Below, piece by piece: positions 22,683 to 33,000 of a DNA stretch of 64,000 bases (position 1 is its first letter; every line of letters starts with the position of its first letter). The notes below the pieces were generated by a model. The model was not told where the DNA came from. It saw only the letters and a program-made list of their open reading frames with translations, and ran no database searches. Source of the stretch: an uncultured Thermoplasmata archaeon (GTDB lineage Archaea > Thermoplasmatota > Thermoplasmata > UBA10834); assembly GCA_963719945.1 (NCBI GenBank), contig CAVRDX010000001.1, positions 32,001 to 96,000 on the forward strand, read 5' to 3'. A program made the position numbers and the translations under genes.

Positions 22683-24578
22683 ATGTCTGGGGAAGAGATC
22701 GCGAACGAAGGCGATTCAGATTTTCTGCCGGGTTTGGATGAAGCAGAGGGCGCCTCCACTGATCCAGAACCAATCGGTGATGCGCCGGAACAGGCACCAA
22801 GAGCTCACAAGATCATATATCCGAAAAGGGCGGATCGCCGAAGGTCCAGGGTGACTAATCGTGCATATTTTCCCCTGTCGCTGCTCGCTGGATTGTTTGG
22901 GTTGATCTCCCTCTCCTTCCCTTGGGTCTACGAATCTTCTTCGTACAGATATGTTGGATTGTACCAGGCTTTCAATATCTTCTCCTACGCTCTCATGGAC
23001 GATTTCAATCTGGCATATTCGGTGATACTATTTCTGATCCTCACCGGATCGATTATCTGTTTCGTGTCACCGCTTGGCGGTCTTCTGCAGCTTTCTGGAG
23101 TAGTGCTATATGCAACTCAATTTCCCCAAGGGGCCGACCTGTTCGGTCCAGGTCCGTTCGTCGCTGTAGCCGCAGCTTTCCTGGGAATGACCTCGCTGAT
23201 TCTTAGAACGAGAATATTCATCCCAGAACGGTTCGCAACCCTGTCATTCGGGGCCGATGGCCGCCTTTCAGTCAGACCGTGCTGGCAATAATCGCATTCG
23301 GCCTTGGATTAGCGTCCGTATTCGCGTGCTGGTTCACAACTGGATATAGCTTCAGCGGCCAGCCATCATTCCATGAATCGAACTATAGCCTGCTATCATT
23401 CATCTTCAGCGTACAGTTTCAGTGACACCACTCTGAATGATTGTCGCCGCAACACTGATTGCGGTCGGCTCAATCGTGTGTATATTGACGCCTCTGGGTA
23501 GTGCACTCCAACTCTCAGGAATCCTGCTATTCTTCATTGAATACAGGTCGGAGATCGCAGGCTATGATTCAGATTACTCGCGGCAGTCTGCTGCCCTCGA
23601 AGCTGGATTCTACCTATGCATCTTGGCGGCAACTGCTGGCATCCTCTCGATGATGTATGTTAGGCGAGTCACATTGTCAAAGAGTTGCAGTTCAGATCTG
23701 CTTGTCCGGAATGCCGCTCCATTTGTGCAGACGAGTCTTCTGCCGGAAGATCATTCAGGAGCCAGCGAGCCATCACGCTTATCGAGAATGTTGGGACGGA
23801 TGCCGAAAGCTGCCAGACTCCCCGCTGTGCTATCAATCGGAATTGCAGTCATGATTGTCATCCTCGCGATTCCCTATGCTGCATCGGTGAGCTCGTTCGA
23901 GATGCATATGATGAACAGTTTCATCGAAGATGTAGAGATAGATGTCTACATCGATGGTGCATATTCAGGTTCCGGGATGGCGACCTCTTATCAGCAATTC
24001 ATCGAAAAATGCAATATCAAGGCAGGCGCGCACTCAATAGCGATTGACTATGCATTTTCCGGAGACGATGATCCAAATCCAGATGGCTCGATGGATTGGG
24101 CGTCATCCTTCGTGGCGGAACCATATACCCGATTCGTGGTCTTCGTCTATCTGAAGGGGTATTTCGATGCATCCCTCCCACAGGTCCAAATCTCTTCTAC
24201 AGAAACCGCTGATGGATTCATGTTGACCTTCGACGAGATTATCAACTATTCAGTATACGGGGAACGCATTGATGATATCTTATGGACCGACTGTCCCTCT
24301 TGCTTTTCGATGGGACAGAATCCGCCAAATGGTCTCCGCAGACGGGTGATCTCGATGATGTTTACATGTCCATCCACGATTATGGATTGCAGTCTCTCAG
24401 CGGCATAGAAATCAATTGTGTGGTATTCGACCTGGCCGGCAATGGCTATGCCAATGTGGGTGACTACTTCGAACTGACGATAGTCTCAGGAGCACTGGAT
24501 CCAGATGTCGACTATATTGCCTATATCCTGGACGACTCGAAAAGTTCCATGATCGGGCAGGTGTCATTGCAGAGCTAG
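22683..24578 (+). pseudogene. Frameshifted multi-TM protein with extracellular C-terminal domain (or sequencing indels)
   Basis: Pieces 22683-23291, an unlisted frame at about 23276-23425 (TVLAIIAFGLGLASVFACW..), 23437-24408 and 24282-24578 join into one protein; duplicated TM unit GSIICFVSPLGGLLQLSG / GSIVCILTPLGSALQLSG. Confidence 0.65.
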
Positions 24579-24647
24579 TGGCCCGATCAAGGGCCTGCCC
24601 CATGATACAAACTATTAAAGAACGGCGTTCTATTATGCGCCATCAGA

Positions 24648-24757
24648 GCGGGGATGGCCCAGCCCGGCAAGGCGCTGGATTGCTATCTCGTCCCAGATGG
24701 GACAGGCAAACATCCAGTGCTCGAAAGAGTTCGGGGGTTCAAATCCCCCTCCCCGCG
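24648..24757 (+). tRNA. tRNA-Ser(GCT) with a 26-nt intron (24686-24711) at position 37/38
   Basis: Acceptor GCGGGGA/TCCCCGC plus G73; anticodon stem CTGGA/TCCAG; long variable arm; TTCAAAT T-loop; bulge-helix-bulge (TA|T, TTGC/GCAA, AC|A). Confidence 0.92.
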
Positions 24758-24814
24758 CCTTTTTCACTCATGGTTAACGACGGTATAAGGTTATCATACG
24801 TAGATACACGGTGC

Positions 24815-25141
24815 ATGAAGCTGTTCGGTGTATCGTTCGGGACCCTCAACGCCCAGCTTGCAGCGACTTTCATGGCACTCGCCGGTATGATCTCTCTGGG
24901 AACGGTGACCTACCATTCGATGGAAGGGTGGAGTTGGACTAGTTCGTTCTATTTCACTGTGTGCACGATAACGACGGTCGGCTACGGGGATATGGTACCG
25001 TCGACGGAGACTTCTCGGCTCGTGACGGCGTTGTTTGCGCTCGCTGGTGTGTCTATCGCGTTCGCCTCGTTCGGGATAATCGGGGCAACATACATCAGAC
25101 GAGGGGAGGACGTTGTTCGCAAGGTCCGTCGGGAAGACTGA
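24815..25141 (+). CDS. Minimal 2-TM potassium channel pore subunit
   Basis: TTVGYGD selectivity filter between two TM helices; start moved to ATG 24815 because the longer ORF runs through the tRNA. Confidence 0.88.
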   Translation: MKLFGVSFGTLNAQLAATFMALAGMISLGTVTYHSMEGWSWTSSFYFTVCTITTVGYGDMVPSTETSRLVTALFALAGVSIAFASFGIIGATYIRRGEDVVRKVRRED

Positions 25142-25466
25142 CGGCGGGTCTGAGGATATCCTTACGCGATCGATACGATGGGAGCGATGTCAGTCACAAG
25201 GATTCGTTCATTATTCGAACTATGGGATTCTCTCTGGGAATATGAACGTAGACAAGTGATATCCAGACGTTCAATTCGGATGTTACTGGTCACGTAATAT
25301 TTTCCTTCAGAACTATATTTATATGGGGTATGTATAATTATAATCATGTTGTTATCTTTTATATAGAGTTAGGACATTCGTGCGGTCAGATCGAGTGTCG
25401 GTTACGTGGATGCGGTCACTCTTCATAATCCGCGGAACTGACATCCATTCGAGGGGGAAGAGAAGA

Positions 25467-27632
25467 TTGAACTCGGATCGTCGAGGGTTCAGTGGAATTC
25501 ATTTTCTAGGAATTCCAGTTGATTTGCGAAAGAGAAAGAACAAACGCATGACCCAGATCGCGGTGGCCGTCCTTTTCCTGTCGGTCTCATTGATCTCGCC
25601 CATCATGGGCATCATGCCAATTCCTTTCACGAATGATACGGAGCCGTCCGAGATTCCTGCGTGCATCGAGGCAAGCACAATCATCAATTTCGTTGCCAGT
25701 CCATCTCGCGTATATGTAGGGGATGAGGTGACATTCTATGCAAACGCATCGAGCGATGTTTCTTCTTCTCTTACTTTCACAATATTCTACGATGCAAGAC
25801 TCGCCAACAGCACGAACAACACTCAGAGTCCATATTCAGTCAACAATACTGTCAATCCTGGCTCGATAGTTACAAAATTCACCTACGACCACATCGGCAA
25901 CCTGAGTTCCACACAGGGGACATATTTCCAGGTGAAGCTGTACGTGGGCGATGGTACGAACACTGTTAGCACGATCATACTGGTCTATGTCGGAGAGAAT
26001 GTGCCTCCTACATTCACTCGCCGTCTCCCCAGTGGGATGACGGTCGATCCTGGAGTCGAAGTGAGTTTGAGCGTGAGTGTGTCTGATAGTGATGATGACA
26101 CATTGACCGTTAGCTGGGATTTCGGTGACGGATCGCCTGTGGCCACGAACTCGACCGGACCCGCTGCATCAGGTGCCTATGCGAATCAGACACACACATG
26201 GAATCCAGATGTCGCCCCTGGCTGGAATGAGGCGGACCCGATATACTATTGGCTGACTGTAACAGTCGAAGATTCCGAGGGGCACATGATATCATCCCTG
26301 ACAAATGTGACGATCTACTTGCCCTATAATTTCGTGCCAAACATTACTCTTGTCTCATCGAAGGACCAATCGAGTCCGATGAGTGAAGTGACCTTCTTTG
26401 CCACCGCTCTGGATCTCGAGGGTGAGGCTCTGACATGGACATTCACATTCAACAACAGCGTAAGCATCTATCACACTGAGGTCTACCACACTGATGTCAC
26501 TCCTCCTGGCACAGATGTCTCGCTCAATATCACTCACATCTTCGAGGAAGTCGGCAATTACACGGTCACCCTCTACGTCAGTGATGCATTGATTCCAGAC
26601 CAGATATTCCCTCATAACATATCCACGAAAGCCAAGGTCACAGTGACGCTGAACTATGCGCCATCGGTCATGATGGTCATCAGCTACACCGCGCCGACAC
26701 TAATACTCGATGATGTCAACACGACGGTGAACGTTACATTCACCGCCAAGGCCAATGATATCGATGGAGACATCTTGACTGCAGTCTGGGATTTCGGTGA
26801 TTCTTCAGACACTGTCACTCAGCAATCTAGTGGAGGGACCAGTGTCTTCAATTTCATCCTGACCCATAGCTACAACAAGAGCGGAATCTACAATGTGACC
26901 GTGATCATCACCGACGGCCGAGACGGTCATGAGGTGACCAGATATCTTTTGCTCGCGGTCAATTCGACGAACCAGGCTCCGAGCATCGTATCCTTTGCAC
27001 TCGGGATGTCAGAGCGCACTTACGCGTTGCCCGGTTCAGTCGTCACATTCACAATCAAAATACATGACAATGAGATGGACCCTCTAGACCTATACTGGGA
27101 TTTTGATGATAACGGTACTATCCTGCACATTCAGACGACAGATTACGACTCGAGTGGGAACGCAACGATCACCGTCAATTACACATACGATGTATCCAAC
27201 GAATACCATCCAATGGTCTGGATTACTGATAATCAGACCGGTGTCGGGTTCCACAATATCTCTTACACGATGCGCGTTGTCGTCTCGAACTTCGCTCCTA
27301 GCGCAGACCGTGTCTGGGATGAATGGGACTATGTTGGTCTCTTGATATTGTTCGGTTCGATCAGCGGGCTTGCCCTGCGCGCATTGATTCTCGGTCGATA
27401 CAGGAAGTGGCTTGATCAACACGGAATGACTCTCGATGAGTATAAGCTACGAATGAAGGATTTGAAGACGTCATATCGGAAAGCGCGAGCATCCGCGAAG
27501 GACGATGGAGCTAGGTTCAATCTCAAGGAAAAGTACGTTTCCGACAAGTCTGCCCTTAGGAAGATGCTGAGACGGAGGACCGATATGCCAAGCGAAGCTG
27601 GAAGAACCGAAGTGTCTGGAGGTGGTCGTTGA
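25467..27632 (+). CDS. Membrane protein with about 5 PKD domains, N- and C-terminal TM segments and a basic cytoplasmic tail
   Basis: WDFGDG-type motifs; many NxS/T sequons; stop overlaps the permease start. Start uncertain (TTG 25467 behind GAGGGGG, or ATG 25548). Confidence 0.8.
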   Translation: MNSDRRGFSGIHFLGIPVDLRKRKNKRMTQIAVAVLFLSVSLISPIMGIMPIPFTNDTEPSEIPACIEASTIINFVASPSRVYVGDEVTFYANASSDVSSSLTFTIFYDARLANSTNNTQSPYSVNNTVNPGSIVTKFTYDHIGNLSSTQGTYFQVKLYVGDGTNTVSTIILVYVGENVPPTFTRRLPSGMTVDPGVEVSLSVSVSDSDDDTLTVSWDFGDGSPVATNSTGPAASGAYANQTHTWNPDVAPGWNEADPIYYWLTVTVEDSEGHMISSLTNVTIYLPYNFVPNITLVSSKDQSSPMSEVTFFATALDLEGEALTWTFTFNNSVSIYHTEVYHTDVTPPGTDVSLNITHIFEEVGNYTVTLYVSDALIPDQIFPHNISTKAKVTVTLNYAPSVMMVISYTAPTLILDDVNTTVNVTFTAKANDIDGDILTAVWDFGDSSDTVTQQSSGGTSVFNFILTHSYNKSGIYNVTVIITDGRDGHEVTRYLLLAVNSTNQAPSIVSFALGMSERTYALPGSVVTFTIKIHDNEMDPLDLYWDFDDNGTILHIQTTDYDSSGNATITVNYTYDVSNEYHPMVWITDNQTGVGFHNISYTMRVVVSNFAPSADRVWDEWDYVGLLILFGSISGLALRALILGRYRKWLDQHGMTLDEYKLRMKDLKTSYRKARASAKDDGARFNLKEKYVSDKSALRKMLRRRTDMPSEAGRTEVSGGGR

Positions 27633-28648
27633 TGGCATCCCGTTCGTTTAGACAGATGATATTCAAGCGGTCGATCTTCGCAATCATAACGATTCTTGGA
27701 ATCATGACATTGAACTTCTTCCTGATTCACTGGATGCCTGGTAATCCTATCGATACAATGGTCCCAAGGGATCCGAAGTTCAACGAGGCTCTAAAGTATG
27801 ATCTGATGGAACGGTTCCACCTGAACGCGTCTCTTCCTGAGAAATATCTCGTGTACATGAAGAACACGATGACTCTGGACTGGGGCATATCTTACATGCA
27901 AAATTCTCGACCTGTTGCAGATATCATCTTCAATGATATGCGATGGACTTTATTATTGGTCGGAACATCGACCATCTTCACAACGCTCATCGGCATGGTT
28001 GTAGGTGCATATTCCGCATATCGTAGGGGTGGTGCATTCGACTTCTCATCGACAGGAGTATCCTTGTTCTTCTACGGTATGCCGATATTCTGGTTCGCCA
28101 TCATACTCCAGATTTTGTTCAATTCCTACCCGCTTGGGATGGATTGGTGGCCACAGCTGCCCACGGGCAAGTATTTCGACACCATCACCTATGGTTCGTC
28201 GTTCAAATGGGAGCTCCCGATCGTGCTGAGCGTCCTCAAGCATCTGATACTCCCGGCTCTGACGTTGTCGATCGGGTCCTTGGCAGGCGTGTCTCTAGTC
28301 ATGAGAAGTTCGCTCGTCGATGTCATGACCGAGGATTTCATCACGACCGCGAGGGCAAAGGGGTTGACGGACTACATGGTCCTGAGAAGACATGCGCTCC
28401 CGAACGGTATGGCTCCGATGGTCACACTGATCGCGATGGGCATTGCGTTCGTAATCGGCGGCGCGTATCAGGTCGAAGTGATCTTCAATTATCCTGGCAT
28501 CGGATATAGAACCCTAAATGCCATCTACAATAGGGACTTCCCGATCCTGCAATTCATAATTGTCGTAGGCGGTGCTGCAGTCGTGTTAGCGAACCTCTTC
28601 GCTGATGTGATCCTACTTTACATCGACCCAAGAATCAAGATTGCGTGA
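27632..28648 (+). CDS. Oligopeptide/dipeptide ABC permease (OppB/DppB)
   Basis: MPGNP; DWG.S; HLILPAL; EDFITTARAKG..; RDFP. Confidence 0.93.
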   Translation: MASRSFRQMIFKRSIFAIITILGIMTLNFFLIHWMPGNPIDTMVPRDPKFNEALKYDLMERFHLNASLPEKYLVYMKNTMTLDWGISYMQNSRPVADIIFNDMRWTLLLVGTSTIFTTLIGMVVGAYSAYRRGGAFDFSSTGVSLFFYGMPIFWFAIILQILFNSYPLGMDWWPQLPTGKYFDTITYGSSFKWELPIVLSVLKHLILPALTLSIGSLAGVSLVMRSSLVDVMTEDFITTARAKGLTDYMVLRRHALPNGMAPMVTLIAMGIAFVIGGAYQVEVIFNYPGIGYRTLNAIYNRDFPILQFIIVVGGAAVVLANLFADVILLYIDPRIKIA

Positions 28649-28658
28649 GGTGACCCAA

Positions 28659-29600
28659 ATGGAAAATGATAAAACCAACACCGTCAAAGCTTCCAAGAAG
28701 GGCATACTCTCCGATGTCACCCACGAGAAGATCCGACTGATGCTCAATCATTGGCGCACAATGACCAAGCAGGTGCTGAGGAATCCGATGGGTCTAATCG
28801 GAATCTCCCTGTTGGTCTTCTTCGCATTGATTGCAGCGTTCGGACCCTTCCTGGCTCCTTACACAGTGGACCCTGAAGGTGTGGGACAGTTCGACGACTT
28901 GATGCCTCAATCAAGTGAGCATATCATGGGCACAGACGCTTTCGGGTTCGACATATTCAGTCAGCTTCTGTATGGTGCTAGGACCTCCATCATCGTCGGC
29001 GTATTCTCTGCGATGATTGCATCATTCCTTGGCGCGCTGATCGGTCTATACTCGGGTTATGTGGGGGGTTGGAAGGACGAGGTCATCATGAGGCTCAACG
29101 ACATCGTCCTGTCAATTCCATGGCTCGTCCTTATGATCATCATTGCTGCGTTCCTTGGAGAGATCAACCTCACAGGTATCATCCTTATCATTGGGCTAAC
29201 TGGATGGTCCGGGACTGCTCGTCTGGTCCGTTCTCAGGTGCTTTCGATCAAAGAGCGGCAGTATATCGAGCGGGCTCGTGCCATTGGTTCGGGGGATATG
29301 CAGATCATCCGAAGACATATCCTTCCGAATTCGTTCCCTCTGGTGTTCGCCAACACCATTTTGACTGTCGCGATATCCATATTGTCGGAGGCGACCCTGA
29401 GTTTCCTCGGAATGAGACCTATCGGCGTCGTGACTTGGGGCACCATGCTTAGCCACGCGTTCAGCCAGGGTGCGTTCCATATCGGCCTTCACTATTGGAT
29501 CATAATGCCAGGTCTCTGCATCGTGTTCGTGGTCTTGGGCTTCACGCTGCTCGGATATGCCCTAGATGAGATAATGAACCCGAAGCTAAGGAAACGATGA
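28659..29600 (+). CDS. Oligopeptide/dipeptide ABC permease (OppC/DppC)
   Basis: H.MGTD..G.DIFS...YGAR; YIERARAIG; RHILPN; LSFLG; NPKLR. Confidence 0.93.
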   Translation: MENDKTNTVKASKKGILSDVTHEKIRLMLNHWRTMTKQVLRNPMGLIGISLLVFFALIAAFGPFLAPYTVDPEGVGQFDDLMPQSSEHIMGTDAFGFDIFSQLLYGARTSIIVGVFSAMIASFLGALIGLYSGYVGGWKDEVIMRLNDIVLSIPWLVLMIIIAAFLGEINLTGIILIIGLTGWSGTARLVRSQVLSIKERQYIERARAIGSGDMQIIRRHILPNSFPLVFANTILTVAISILSEATLSFLGMRPIGVVTWGTMLSHAFSQGAFHIGLHYWIIMPGLCIVFVVLGFTLLGYALDEIMNPKLRKR

Positions 29601-30003
29601 TGTCGAAGAGGCTTCTCGCCCGTTCATAGCGGGTGCCCTTCATACGGTTCGGGCCGTCGTTCGAACCCGTGCAGGTTGTATGCTATCTGCCGCGATACAA
29701 TTTGATGCGCCAGTATTGCGCTATGATGCCCTTGGATGACAATCATACAAATGACAATATTCAAAAGGATTTTATAGCGCCCCGAGCTTTAACTCCTTAG
29801 TCCTTCTCTAAGAGGGCACGGGGGAGTAGTGCGGTCGGATGCGGTCACCAGTCGCGCAGAGCCTTAGACCTGCTGATTACGGTACATGGTCAATTTCGAT
29901 TAGTGCGACTTCTCTATAAAACTCAAGTTGAATGATGGAATATATAGAATTTCGAATAGATTCGCACGATGATTTGGAATCTGATGTACGAATGGGGGAA
30001 TCA

Positions 30004-33000
30004 ATGATGGATAGTATTGGCAAGAATAGGAGCATATTCAGGGCAAGAGCGACCAAGACTCTTCTCGCAGTTGTCCTGGCGATATTGATGATCGGTATCC
30101 CGTCCTTCCTTACAGGCGGAGATGCCGTAAAGATTGTTGACGAGGCGAGCGCAGCTGACCGCGACAGAGGCCAATTTGTGGTGGGCCTGAGCGGTGAGCT
30201 GACGATATCAACTCTGAATCCGAATACATACACATGGATGGCCGAAGCCATGGTGATCTGGAGTTTGTACAGCTCGCTTCTTCAAAGAGATGTGGACAAT
30301 ACCATCATCGGGGATCTTGCTTACGAATGGAGTTCTACCCCTGATGGATTGACATGGAATTTCAAAATATGGGATAACATCTACTTCTGTGATCCAGCTG
30401 ATCCAGACCCCACTGACCCTGTCGTGAAGGAGTCAAGACACCTCACGATAGACGATGTGATATGGTCCTTGTGGATGTATCAGGACAACGACCTTAGCCG
30501 ATTGCACGGAAGCATGGGCGATGCGGTTGGTTCGATGGAAAAGATAAACGATTATGAGATGAACCTCACACTGTGCAAGCCATATGCACCGTACATCGAT
30601 ATATTCACGATGCCGATCCTGCCGAAGTACATATGGGAGGATGTCAACCCCCAGAGTTTCGACAATATGCCCCCGGTGGGCTCTGGTCCATGGTACTACG
30701 CCACTGACGGTCTGCCGACCACCAACACGGTTGAGCTCCGAAGAAATCCGAACTGGTATATGGAAGAGAACTGTGGATGGCAGATGCATGCAGAGCAGAT
30801 ATTCATAGTGGGTGAACTCGAAGCGAGCACTGCATGGCAGGATGTCAAGGCCGGTACGATCGATGTCATGCTCGGTGTCTCCCCATCAGTCTACGTGTCC
30901 GAGGCGGAATCCACACCATATGTTCTTGGATTCGCACAGAGCCAGGGATTCGTTTACGAGTTCAACCTCAACCAAATGACAGATGAACTCAGGGCACAGC
31001 TCGGCGGCACTGTCAAGAGCGGAACGAACAGCCAGCTGCTACTGATAGACGAAGTCAAACTGGCGATTGCGATGTGCGTCGACAAACCCACCTTCATACA
31101 TGAAGTGCTGGAGGAGCTTGGAAGCGTTGCCACATCTCTAGTCCCTGATGTGAATCCTTGGTACTATGAGTATGGTAGCGTAGAGGGTGAGAGTCAGATT
31201 CCATTCGACCCTGCTGCTGCTCGTGATATCTTAAACGATGCAGGTTGGAAGTATGATGCGCTGGGGAAGGACGCGACTGATACCACTTGTCCGTTGTACA
31301 GAGAGTTGCCGACCGGTGGATACGGCGATCCACTCGAATTCAGATTCTACAGTCTGAACTCTGCCACAGAGTGGGAAGAGGGCGCCAGAATGATTGTGAA
31401 CTGGACAAGGGATGCTGGTATCAAGCTCAACCTGGAGCTTGTTAGTGGGACCACATTGACCAATTACTGGTACGCAGCCGATTACGACATATGGCTATGG
31501 GACTGGATATTCGGTCCATTGAATGATCCATGTACCGGTGTGTTGTCTGTCTTGACGACCGATGCTATCGGTATAGACAGCGACGTGTACTGGTCGAACG
31601 CGACCTTCGATGCAATGTACAATGAGAGCATCATCACCATGGATCCTGCAATCAGACGTGAGATTGTAGACGACATGCAGAGGATGGCATACGAGAACAT
31701 GGGTTGCCAATGCATTGCCTTCAGGAAGGATCTGTACGCAGCTAGCACTAGATACTGGTCGAACTACGGTGACTGGAACAACACCTACATGCTGCTTCCG
31801 GACGTCACATTCCAGTACCTCGGAATGAGGATACAGCCGACTGACAATGAGGCTCCTCAGTTCGACGGATACACAGCTACCCTGACTGGTAACATGAATA
31901 CAGCGATCACTGGGTTCAGCGCCACCGTCTCCGATGATGATGCTACGACCCCACTCAGAATGAAATGGTTCTGGGGTGATGGCAGTTCACCATCTGATGT
32001 AGCCGTTGATGAGACCGGAACCGTGTCGATGTCCCACACATATGATAAGGATGGTGTATACACTGTCTACATCGCTGTCTATGAGAATGGATTGTCTAAT
32101 GGATTCGATGATGGCTTCATGACCTGGACCAAGGCGACGGTCACTGTCAGGGATATGACCAATGGCGAGCCGGTCATCCAGGAGATAATCGTTGATCCAG
32201 CCGATCCCGACACTGGTTCCGAGATAACCTTCTCTTGTATCGCGACCGACGATGAGGACGACCCTCTCTACTACACATGGAACTTCGGTGATGGAAGCAT
32301 ATTGGGTGGACAGACGGTAACGCACCAATTCGTCACCGCGACTTCCTTCACGGTGTCCGTCTCTGTCGATGACAAGCACATCGGTGCGGTCGACAGACCG
32401 ACTATGGGATACGCCTATGTGGTGGTCACTTCCAACCGGGCTCCAACCATAACGGTTCCTGACTATGCGAACAAGATCGCGAAGCAGACCTATTCATACA
32501 CCGTGACGGCGAGCGACCCCGATTCTAGGGATGACTTGCTGTATACATGGTATTGGGGTGATGGTACATTCTCCGTCACGACAACTACATCAGCGGATCA
32601 TGCCTACAATTCAAGAGGCACGTACACGCTGACTGTATGGGTGGATGATCAGACTGGCCTGGATAATCACAATGTCTCGGAGTGGGGATATGTGAGCGTC
32701 ATCACGATGTCGAACAAGGCTCCGGTCATCCAGGATTTCACCATAACGGACTCAACGCCCGCCGCTACATATTGTGGTGAGGACCTGGTGTTCGTCGGAC
32801 TCGCGAGTGACAAGGATGAAGACCCGTTGACGATAACCTTCGAATTCGGTGACGGCAGCTATTATGTGGAACACTTTGCGGGAACCGGTTCGGTGGTCGA
32901 ATGCTCGACCACCCACTCGTACGAGGATGCTGGAACCCACACTGTGTATATGCATGCATCCGACGGCGCAGCGAATGTCTCATCTGAGCTCTCCGTAGTC

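Noticed and set aside
24578-24814. N-terminal extension of the potassium channel ORF
   Set aside because: It reads through the tRNA-Ser gene; the real start is probably ATG 24815
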